Program-made: the position numbers and the translations under genes
Origin: an uncultured Eubacteriales bacterium
GTDB lineage: Bacteria > Bacillota > Clostridia > Christensenellales > Aristaeellaceae
Reading direction: 5' to 3'
Length of the DNA stretch: 44,219 nucleotides
NCBI GenBank assembly: GCA_902773515.1
Contig: CACYET010000001.1
Coordinates: forward strand, 1-44,219
Shown here: in pieces, positions 17,126 through 24,518 of the stretch
Numbering within the stretch: position 1 is the first letter of the stretch
How the letters are laid out: each line of letters opens with the position of its first letter
Notes under the pieces: generated by a model
Told to the model about the DNA's origin: nothing
Database searches by the model: none
Seen by the model: only the letters and a program-made list of their open reading frames with translations

Positions 17126-17220
17126 TGTCGTGTCCCCCAATGTCTGTCGAAATCGCGCTCAGCGCATTGCTGACATTATAGCACCATCCACCCCGGGGCG
17201 CAAGACAAATTGTGGGAACG

Positions 17221-17451
17221 GACAACCCCTCCGCCTGCTGCGCAGGCACCTCCCCTTGAAAGGGGAGGCAAGGGCGGGCGGTGACAAAGAAGCCTTCCCC
17301 TTTGGGGAAGGTGGCCGAACGAAGTGAGGTCAGAAGAGGTCCCCTTGCGCCTCGTCTCGCGCCTTCGCTCCGATAAAGGCGCTGAACTGATCGAAAAGGA
17401 CCTCTTCCGCCCCCTGACGGGGGCACCTTCCCCAGAGGGGAGGGCTTTTTG
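17221..17451. repeat. Family A: one solitary arm plus a full-length palindromic element
   Basis: Solitary arm 17221-17273. Left arm 17287-17342; core with gataaaggcgct; right arm 17398-17451. Confidence 0.85.
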
Positions 17452-17460
17452 TTGGAAACA

Positions 17461-17500
17461 CTCTCCAACTCCTCACTCCTGACTCCTAACTCCTCACTCT
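17461..17500. repeat. Heptad repeat (ACTCCTN-type), family C
   Basis: ctctccaactcctcactcctgactcctaactcctcactct. Confidence 0.75.
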
Positions 17501-17624
17501 ACCATAAGCGATCGTTATGAATAAATAACACGATATGCGTTGTATGGGGCGCGCGGTTACGATAACATATGATTGTAGGTATAAAATAAAACATTATGTA
17601 TACGGAAAGAGTGGTATTTACAGC

Positions 17625-19436
17625 ATGAACGTGTTTAACATCATCACTCTGTTCGGCGGCCTGGCCATGTTCCTCTATGGCATGCGGCTGATGGGCGACG
17701 GCCTGAAGGAATCGAGCTCCGGCGCGCTGAAGGGCGTCATGGAGCGCGTGACGGGCACGCCCTTCAAGGCGTTTCTGCTGGGCCTGGTCATGACGGCGGT
17801 CATCCAGTCGTCCACCGCCACCATCGTGATCACCTCCGGCCTGGTGGGCGCGGGCATCATCTCGCTGCACCAGTCGCTGGGCATCATCATCGGCGCGAAC
17901 GTGGGCACGACCGTCACCGGCCAGATCATCCGCCTGCTGGATCTGAACGCCTCGGGCACGTCGTTTTTGCAGTTCTTCAAGCCCTCCACGCTGGCCCCGC
18001 TGGCGCTGATCATCGGCGTGGTGATCGTGATGACGGGCAAGCTGAAGAACTCGAGCACGGTCGGCCAGATCGTGATCGGCTTCGGCATACTGTTCTCGGG
18101 CCTCATGGGCATGACGGACGCCGTGGGCTCGCTGTCGGAGAGCGGCATCATCGAAAAGCTGTTCTCGCGGCTGGGCGAAAACCCGATGATCGGCTACCTG
18201 ATCGGCGCGGGCGTGGCCTTCGTGCTGCAGAGCTCGTCGGCCTCCATCGGCATATTGCAGGCGTTCTCCATGTCGGGCGTACTGACGTTCAACGCCATCT
18301 ACGCCGTGCTGATGGGCATCTACCTGGGCGACTGCGTGACCACCGCCATCGTGTGCAACATCGGCGCGAAGGCGGATTCCCGGCGCGTGGGCACGGCCAA
18401 CATACTGTTCAACCTGGGAAAGACGCTGCTGATTTTGATCGGCGTGACGCTGGCCCACCGGTTCGGCCTGCTGGACAGCCTGTGGAACAGCACCGTCTAC
18501 TCCGGCACCATCGCCAACACCAACACCGTGTTCAACCTGGCCAGCGCGCTGCTGCTGTTGCCGGTGATGGGCCTGTTTGAGAAGGCGAGCCTGAAGATCG
18601 TCAAGGACGACCCGTCCCACGAGCGCCTCGACCCGCAGCACGCGGACCTGGAGGTGCTGGACGCGCTGAGCCCGGTGCTGCTGTCGACGCCCGCGCTGGC
18701 GCTGAACAGCTGCTACAAGGTGCTGATGCACATGTTCCGGCTGTCCCGCAAGAACGTGGGCCGCGCGTTCGACGCCGTGAAGCAGTACGATGCGGACCTG
18801 CTGGCGGACATCCGCGTCACCGAGGAGAACATCGACCACCTGGCCGACCGCGTGAGCAACTACCTGGTGCAGGTCTCCGCCCACGTCACCGCGCAAAACC
18901 ACGTGGAGATCATGGACCACTACTACTCCGCGATCAACGAGTTTGAGCGCCTGGGCGACCACGCGATGAACATCGCCGACTGCGCCGAGGAGCTGCACGC
19001 GGAGAACACCGTGTTCTCGTCCTACGCGCTGCGGGAGCTGGAGGTGCTGCGCGGGCTGATCGGCGCCGTGATGAACTACGCCGGCAAGGCCTTCGAGAAC
19101 TGCGACGAGAAGGCCGCCAAGCACGTCGAGCCGCTGGAAGAGGTGGTGGACGATATCGTGAACGCCATGAAGCAGAACCACCTGGACCGCCTGCGCGAGC
19201 GCAAGTGCTCGGTGCTGGCCGGCACGGAGTTCTTGAACCTGCTGTCCGACATCGAGCGCATCTCCGACATCTGCTCCAACGTGGGCGTGGCCACCATCGC
19301 GCGCGTCAGGCCGGAGCTGAAGCACGAGATCCACGACTACGTGTCCCGCCTGCACGAGGGCAAGGACGAGAGCTTCAACCGCGAGTACCACGCCGCGCAC
19401 GACCACTACTTCGCGCAGCTGCACGAAGCGGAATGA
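17625..19436 (+). CDS. Na+/phosphate cotransporter family protein with a C-terminal PhoU-like domain
   Basis: MNVFNIITLFGGLAMFLYGMRLMGDGLK...VIQSSTAT / LQSSSAS duplicated repeats, followed by PhoU-like helices. Confidence 0.88.
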   Translation: MNVFNIITLFGGLAMFLYGMRLMGDGLKESSSGALKGVMERVTGTPFKAFLLGLVMTAVIQSSTATIVITSGLVGAGIISLHQSLGIIIGANVGTTVTGQIIRLLDLNASGTSFLQFFKPSTLAPLALIIGVVIVMTGKLKNSSTVGQIVIGFGILFSGLMGMTDAVGSLSESGIIEKLFSRLGENPMIGYLIGAGVAFVLQSSSASIGILQAFSMSGVLTFNAIYAVLMGIYLGDCVTTAIVCNIGAKADSRRVGTANILFNLGKTLLILIGVTLAHRFGLLDSLWNSTVYSGTIANTNTVFNLASALLLLPVMGLFEKASLKIVKDDPSHERLDPQHADLEVLDALSPVLLSTPALALNSCYKVLMHMFRLSRKNVGRAFDAVKQYDADLLADIRVTEENIDHLADRVSNYLVQVSAHVTAQNHVEIMDHYYSAINEFERLGDHAMNIADCAEELHAENTVFSSYALRELEVLRGLIGAVMNYAGKAFENCDEKAAKHVEPLEEVVDDIVNAMKQNHLDRLRERKCSVLAGTEFLNLLSDIERISDICSNVGVATIARVRPELKHEIHDYVSRLHEGKDESFNREYHAAHDHYFAQLHEAE

Positions 19437-19437
19437 C

Positions 19438-19788
19438 ATGAACATCCAGATCTTCGGAACGAAAAAGAGCAGCGACGCGCGCAAGGCCGAGCGCTGGTTT
19501 AAGGAGCGCCGCGTGAAGGCGCAGTTCATCGACCTGGCGGACAAGGGCATCAGCCGCGGCGAGCTGCGCAGCGCGGCGGCGGCCTGCGGCGGGCTGGACG
19601 CGCTGATCGACCCCGACTGTAAGGACCGCGACGCGCTGGCCTTCGTGCGCTGCATCGCCCCCCAGCAGCGCGAGGACGCCGTACTCGAACGCCCGCAGGT
19701 GCTCCGGCAGCCCATCGTGCGCAACGGCAAAAGGGCCGCCGCGGGGTACCAGCCGGAGGTATATAAGAAGTGGATGGAGGAAGAATGA
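19438..19788 (+). CDS. ArsC/Spx/YffB-family thioredoxin-fold protein lacking the N-terminal redox cysteine
   Basis: MNIQIFGTKKSSDARKAERWFKERRV. The family usually has Cys at the position read here as Ser-Ser. The start lies 1 nt after the upstream stop. Confidence 0.75.
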   Translation: MNIQIFGTKKSSDARKAERWFKERRVKAQFIDLADKGISRGELRSAAAACGGLDALIDPDCKDRDALAFVRCIAPQQREDAVLERPQVLRQPIVRNGKRAAAGYQPEVYKKWMEEE

Positions 19789-19847
19789 AGCGCGCCGGGC
19801 ATTGACATGACCCTTCGCTTCAATCCCATCGTCCCCCATAAACGCAA

Positions 19848-19923
19848 TGTACAGATCCTTCGCTTCGCTCAGGATGACAACGACGAAAGCCTGTCATCCT
19901 GAGCGGAGCGAAGGATCTGTACA
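19848..19923. repeat. Family B palindromic element (76-bp near-perfect palindrome)
   Basis: tgtacagatccttcgcttcgctcaggatgaca...tgtcatcctgagcggagcgaaggatctgtaca. Confidence 0.9.
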
Positions 19924-19971
19924 TTACGATAAAGAAGAAGATCGGCTCAAATGAGCATCGCCCGGAAGCCT

Positions 19972-20037
19972 CCCAACTCCTCACTCCTCACTCCTAACTC
20001 CTAACTCCACACTCCACTCTCCACACTCCACACTCCC
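19972..20037. repeat. Heptad repeat tract of about 9 units (AACTCCT / CACTCCT / CACTCCA), family C
   Basis: cctcccaactcctcactcctcactcctaactcctaactccacactccactctccacactccacactccc. Confidence 0.85.
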
Positions 20038-22188
20038 CTACATCTCCATATTCGTCTCCATCACGCGGCGGACCTCGTCCGCGGCGTGCATGAACGCGCC
20101 GGCCACGTTCGGGTCGAAGTGGCTGCCGGAGCCCTCCTCGATGATGGCCATGGCCTTTTCGAAGGGGAAGCCGTCCTTGTAGCTGCGCCGGGACACCAGC
20201 GCGTCAAACACGTCGGCCACGGCCATGATGCGCGCCGACAGCGGGATCTCCTCGCCCTTCAGGCCGCAGGGATAGCCCCGCCCGTTCCACTTCTCGTGGT
20301 GGTAGTGCGCCAGGTTCATGGCCTCCTTCAGGTAGCCGGAGTTGTCCTCGGCCACCATGTGCATCGCGTGCTCGATCACCTCCGCGCCCGCGGTGGTGTG
20401 GGTCTTCATGATCTCAAACTCCTCGTCCGTCAGCTTTCCGGGCTTGTTGAGGATCGCGTCGGACACCTGGATCTTGCCGATGTCGTGCAGCGGCGCGGAG
20501 TTCACCACGTCGTACATGAATTCATCGGTCAGCTGATCGGTGTAAATGCCCTCCCGCTTCAGCTGGTTCATGATGATCTCGGTGTAGGCGGCCGTCTTGC
20601 GCACGTGGTCGCCGGTGCACTTGTCGCGGCTCTCCACCATGTCCGCCAGCACCAGGATCAGGCCGTTTTGCAGCCTGCTGATGATCTGGTTCTGCTTCTC
20701 CACGTTTTCGATGGTCTCCACCATGTCCTCCGTGGTCTTGGCGACGGAGTGGTACAGGTTTTCGATCTCGTCGCCGGTGCGGATGTCCAGCTGCCGGATG
20801 CACTCCACAGCGTCGGCACGGGCGCTCTCGCTGTCGTAGGCGAACAGCCCGGTGGCGATGGCCATGGTGTTGATCGGCAGGATGATATTGTACTCCGCCA
20901 GCCAGATCGCGGCGGTGAGCAGCAGCACGAAGAAGCCGAAGAACAGGCTCAGCACGCGCGCCAGGAACTGATAGCCGTCACGGGCGATGTGGTTCATGTT
21001 GATGTCCGCCGCGGCGTAGCACTGGCAGACGCCCTGGCTGTCGTACACCGGCTTGTAGATGGTCAGCAGCCACCCGTAGGTCTCGTTCGACTGCACCGGC
21101 TCGATCTCCTCGCCCGCCAGCAGCGCGGGCAGGTAGTCCCGGAACGCCTCGTCGAAGCCGATCACGGTGCCCGGCTCCTCGCCGGGCGTGTCCGCCGTGT
21201 CCGGGTCGAACACCACGTGGCAACCGTCCTCCATGATCTTGTAGACGTACACGTACTCGATGTTCTCCGAGCTCTCCATCAGGTTTTGCAGCCGCTTCTC
21301 GATCTCCGAATACCCCTCCGCGGCCTCGCCCTTCTCCAGGAACTCACTGACCCGGTCGCCGTCGATGTTCTGCACGGCCACGTCCGCCACGCTGCTCGCC
21401 AGGCTGAGCTGCTCGTCGATGGAGGCGTTGCGGAAGTGGATGAAGCTGATGCCCGTCACCACCACGGCAATGATGATCATGGCCGTCGCCACCAGCAGGA
21501 TGATCTTGGAGCGCAGCGACACGCCCCTGCCGTTCATGCGGTCGGCCGCGCGCTGGTCATCCACGGAGAGCGGAGCCTGCTGCCAGCCGGAGAAGTAAAA
21601 CGCCTCCTTGATGTGCGCGGGCAGCAGCTTGAGCGCCAGCGTCACCAGCAGCACCGTGATCGTCTTGTCCAGCACGTCGATGGCCATGTCCGCCGCGAAC
21701 TGCGACCAGAACACGCTCAGGCGGCCCGCCTCGTAGATGCGGTGGGCCAGCGGCGCGGACACGCCCTCGCCGAAGCCCAGGCCGTACAGCGCCCACGTGA
21801 GCACCGAGCCCAGGCCGCCGCCGATCACCGCGAACGTGCCGATGATCGCCAGCAGCCGCCAGGGCTTCTTGAACGTGTAGAAGTCCCGCGCGGCGTACCA
21901 CGCGGAGGCCACGGCAATGAGCACCGTCAGCGAGCCGTAGTAGGTGGTGGCGAGATCGCCGATGCCGTTGACGATGTTCGTCAGAAAGCCCACGAGGATG
22001 CCGGGGATGTAGCCGCCCAGCGCCGCCACCAGCGCGCTGCCCACGTTGTCCAGGTACAGCGGCAGCCGCAGCGCGCGCACCAGCTGCACCCCCAGGAAGT
22101 TGATCGCCAGCCCGATGGCGCACAGCAGCAGCAGGTATCTTCGCTGGGAGGCGCGATAGGCGCGCGCCTCGTTCTTCTCGTTGTCCAT
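20038..22188 (-). CDS. Membrane-bound HD-GYP domain phosphodiesterase (c-di-GMP signalling) with an N-terminal polytopic module and an extracytoplasmic sensor region
   Basis: C-terminus: LHDIGK...HHEKWNGRGYPCGL...ADVFDAL (HD-GYP). N-terminus: about 6 TM helices (LYLDNVGSALVAALGGYIPGILVGF), then about 200 aa between two further TM helices. Confidence 0.88.
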   Translation of the reverse strand: MDNEKNEARAYRASQRRYLLLLCAIGLAINFLGVQLVRALRLPLYLDNVGSALVAALGGYIPGILVGFLTNIVNGIGDLATTYYGSLTVLIAVASAWYAARDFYTFKKPWRLLAIIGTFAVIGGGLGSVLTWALYGLGFGEGVSAPLAHRIYEAGRLSVFWSQFAADMAIDVLDKTITVLLVTLALKLLPAHIKEAFYFSGWQQAPLSVDDQRAADRMNGRGVSLRSKIILLVATAMIIIAVVVTGISFIHFRNASIDEQLSLASSVADVAVQNIDGDRVSEFLEKGEAAEGYSEIEKRLQNLMESSENIEYVYVYKIMEDGCHVVFDPDTADTPGEEPGTVIGFDEAFRDYLPALLAGEEIEPVQSNETYGWLLTIYKPVYDSQGVCQCYAAADINMNHIARDGYQFLARVLSLFFGFFVLLLTAAIWLAEYNIILPINTMAIATGLFAYDSESARADAVECIRQLDIRTGDEIENLYHSVAKTTEDMVETIENVEKQNQIISRLQNGLILVLADMVESRDKCTGDHVRKTAAYTEIIMNQLKREGIYTDQLTDEFMYDVVNSAPLHDIGKIQVSDAILNKPGKLTDEEFEIMKTHTTAGAEVIEHAMHMVAEDNSGYLKEAMNLAHYHHEKWNGRGYPCGLKGEEIPLSARIMAVADVFDALVSRRSYKDGFPFEKAMAIIEEGSGSHFDPNVAGAFMHAADEVRRVMETNMEM

Positions 22189-22264
22189 AATCCGTCCTCC
22201 ACGCCCGCGGCGCGTGCGCCGCCCGGGGCGAAATCCATCCGTTTGGAGCCAATTTCACATTTAT

Positions 22265-22293
22265 ATTATCGCAGATAAGACAGCATTTGTAAA
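22265..22293 (-). promoter_or_regulatory. Candidate promoter of the HD-GYP gene
   Basis: Minus sense: TTTACA (22293-22288), 17 nt, GATAAT (22270-22265). Confidence 0.5.
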
Positions 22294-22328
22294 GCAAAAA
22301 AGAAACCCCTTCGCGCGGAAGGGGCTTC
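22294..22328 (-). terminator. Rho-independent terminator of the rpsF-ssb-rpsR operon
   Basis: Minus sense: GAAGCCCCTTC-cgcgc-GAAGGGGTTTC followed by TTTTTT. Confidence 0.8.
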
Positions 22329-22342
22329 GATCTGAAAAACCG

Positions 22343-22597
22343 TTATTCGCTCACATACGGCATCAGCGCGATGGTACGGGCGCGCTTGATGGCCGTGGAG
22401 AGCTGGCGCTGGTGCTTGGCGCAGGTGCCGGTCATGCGGCGGGGCAGGATCTTGCCGCGCTCGCTGGTGAACCGGCGCAGACGGGCAACATCCTTGTAAT
22501 CGATGTGCTGGATCTTGTCTACGCAGAAAGCACAGACCTTCCGGCGCGGCTTGCGGCCGCGGGGACGGCGGATGCGTTCGCCTCTCTCTTCAGACAT
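22343..22597 (-). CDS. rpsR: 30S ribosomal protein S18
   Basis: [49 protein letters not shown]. Confidence 0.97.
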   Translation of the reverse strand: MSEERGERIRRPRGRKPRRKVCAFCVDKIQHIDYKDVARLRRFTSERGKILPRRMTGTCAKHQRQLSTAIKRARTIALMPYVSE

Positions 22598-22680
22598 GGC
22601 TTTGTTCCTCCTTTTCGGATATCAGGGCGCGCATCGAGGCGCTCCCAAAGAAGAATGGCCTCTTTATTCTGATGATGACA

Positions 22681-23109
22681 TCAGAATGGAAGCTCATCGT
22701 CGTCCACCTCGGTAAAGTCGTTCGACGAGGGGGCGGCGGGAGCGGCGGGCGGCGGGGTCGGGCCGTTGTCGTGGGGACGGGCCTGGCCATCGTCGCGGCT
22801 GCCGAGTGCTTCAACGCTGTCGGCGATGATCTCGGTCACGTAGCGCTTCGATCCGTCCTGCGCATCATAGGAGCGGGTCTGAATGCTGCCTTCGACCGCA
22901 ACCTTGCGCCCCTTGGTGAGGTAGCGGTTGCAGAAGTCGGCGTTTTGACGCCAGGCGACCACGGTCAGGAAATCGGCCTCGCGCACGCCCTGCGCGTTGG
23001 CAAAGCGGCGCTGCACGGCAATGCGGAACGTCGAACGCGACACCCCGGACTGCGTGGTGAAGGCCTCGGGATCATTGGCGAGGTTGCCGATCAGGATGAC
23101 TTTGTTCAT
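22681..23109 (-). CDS. ssb: Single-stranded DNA-binding protein
   Basis: MNKVILIGNLANDPE...OB fold...acidic tail DDDELPF. Confidence 0.97.
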   Translation of the reverse strand: MNKVILIGNLANDPEAFTTQSGVSRSTFRIAVQRRFANAQGVREADFLTVVAWRQNADFCNRYLTKGRKVAVEGSIQTRSYDAQDGSKRYVTEIIADSVEALGSRDDGQARPHDNGPTPPPAAPAAPSSNDFTEVDDDELPF

Positions 23110-23139
23110 GCTTTACACCATCCTTCGTAGACGCCGGGA

Positions 23140-23604
23140 TTATTCGGCTTCCGACTCGGGCTTCTCGTCGTCAGCGGGCTCGGCTTCGACAGCCGGCTCA
23201 GCCTCGACAGCGGGCGCGGCCTCAGCGGCGGGCGCGGCCTCAGCGGGCGCGGCGTCCTCGGCGGGCGCGGCCTCACGGGGAGCGTAGGGCTTCAGCGGCT
23301 CGCGCTTGGCGGGCAGCTCGCCCTCGTAGCGCACGGTCAGATAGCGGAGCACGCTGTCCGAGATCTGCATGTTGCGCTCGAGCTCGCGGGGCAGCTCGGC
23401 GGGGGCCTTGATGTACATCAGCACATAGTAGCCCTCGGTCTTGTACTGGATGGCGTAGGCCAGGCGGCGCTTGCCCCACTCGTCGACGCGATCCACTTCA
23501 CCGCCGTTCTTCTTCACCAGGTCGGAAAAACGGTTGATCAGTTCCGTCCGGGCACTGTCCTCCAGCGCCGGATCAATAACGTACATGACTTCATACTGGT
23601 TCAT
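23140..23604 (-). CDS. rpsF: 30S ribosomal protein S6 with an Ala/Pro/Glu-rich C-terminal extension
   Basis: Start MNQYEVMYVIDP at 23604 after AAGGAGGTG. About 55 extra C-terminal aa (AAPAEDAAPAEAAPAAEAAPAVEAEPAVEAEPADDEKPESEAE). Confidence 0.95.
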   Translation of the reverse strand: MNQYEVMYVIDPALEDSARTELINRFSDLVKKNGGEVDRVDEWGKRRLAYAIQYKTEGYYVLMYIKAPAELPRELERNMQISDSVLRYLTVRYEGELPAKREPLKPYAPREAAPAEDAAPAEAAPAAEAAPAVEAEPAVEAEPADDEKPESEAE

Positions 23605-23685
23605 GTTCTTTTTCACCTCCTTATGGACTTCGGCCACGGCCGGTTGAACCGTGGCAAGGATGCGCTAACAATTATTATACAACAA

Positions 23686-23712
23686 AATCCCGGGCAAAAC
23701 AAGCCCGGGATT
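23686..23712 (-). terminator. Terminator of the merR-family gene, just upstream of the rpsF promoter
   Basis: Minus sense: AATCCCGGGC-ttgtttt-GCCCGGGATT followed by TTGTTG; a TATAAT lies immediately downstream. Confidence 0.7.
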
Positions 23713-23726
23713 GTGATAAATTTTGG

Positions 23727-24458
23727 TTATTGAAGGTTCACATACGCCTCGATCGCCCGCGCTGCAAAATCGGCCGTGCCCTCGCCGCCGCGCGCGTCGA
23801 TGTTCTCGGTGAAGCTGCCGCCGCCGGCGTAGAGGTGTCCCAGCCCGCGCAATACTTCGGGCGTGCAGGTGTAGAAATGCTCGGTGATGTAGCTTTGCAG
23901 CCTCCCGACCAGCGCCCGTGCCTCGGGCGCGTCCGCCGGGCCGTCCTTCAGGGCGTAAAAGCCCGCCAGCAGGTCCATCAACCCCTCGCCCAGCGCCGCC
24001 TCGTCCTCGCGGGTGCGGCCTTCGCGCCGCTGCTCGTACTCCTTGTAGGCCGGCGTGTCGCTCCAGCTCTTCCGGGCCTCGGCCACGTATTCGTCGATCT
24101 TCGTCATGTCAAACGGTTCAAAACTCAAGTGATTCACCCCCATTACACGTATGCCCGCCGCCAGGGCGATCAGGTTGTCCAAGTGCTCCCGGCGCAGCTT
24201 CAGGAGTCGGATCTGCTGGTCCAGCGCCCGGTTGCGGTCGAAAGCGGGGCTTTCCAGTATGCCCCGGATGTCCTTCAGCGGGAATTGCAGCTCCCGGAAC
24301 AGCAGGATCAGCTGCAGCCGCTCCAGCGATGCGAGGTCGTAGAGCCGGTATCCCGCCTCTGACAGCGCCGCAGGCTTCAGCAACCCGATCTTGTCATAGT
24401 GGTGCAGCGCGCGGACGCTTACGCCTGTCTTTGCGCTCACCTCGCGCACCGTCATCAT
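23727..24458 (-). CDS. MerR family transcriptional regulator with a TipAS-like effector domain
   Basis: MMTVREVSAKTGVSVRALHHYDKIGLLKP (MerR HTH). C-terminus ...YITEHFYTCTPEVLRGLGHLYAGGG.FTENID is TipAS-like. The ATG at 24458 lies 6 nt after GGAGGG. Confidence 0.88.
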   Translation of the reverse strand: MMTVREVSAKTGVSVRALHHYDKIGLLKPAALSEAGYRLYDLASLERLQLILLFRELQFPLKDIRGILESPAFDRNRALDQQIRLLKLRREHLDNLIALAAGIRVMGVNHLSFEPFDMTKIDEYVAEARKSWSDTPAYKEYEQRREGRTREDEAALGEGLMDLLAGFYALKDGPADAPEARALVGRLQSYITEHFYTCTPEVLRGLGHLYAGGGSFTENIDARGGEGTADFAARAIEAYVNLQ

Positions 24459-24480
24459 GCGCATCCCTCCTTTCACCGGG

Positions 24481-24511
24481 AGTATAAGGCATGACGTAAG
24501 GGGAGAGTCAA
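24481..24511 (-). promoter_or_regulatory. MerR-type promoter with a 19-nt spacer
   Basis: Minus sense: TTGACT (24511-24506), 19 nt, TATACT (24486-24481). Confidence 0.55.
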
Positions 24512-24518
24512 GGGTTTT

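Noticed and set aside
17126-17220. Riboswitch or T-box upstream of cysK
   Set aside because: The distance from the candidate extended -10 (TGCTATAAT, 17183-17175 minus sense) to the start codon is only about 35-50 nt, too short for an S-box, T-box or other known leader.
17499-19847. 782-aa minus-strand ORF opposite the Na/Pi-PhoU transporter and ArsC-like genes
   Set aside because: The reasoning is the same: no recognisable domain, and extreme V/H/A/G/D/Q composition mirroring the sense-strand codons.
19972-20037. Heptad tracts and palindrome families considered as possible CRISPR arrays
   Set aside because: The period is 7 nt with no spacers. The palindromes are single units, not repeat-spacer-repeat arrays, and no cas genes are present.
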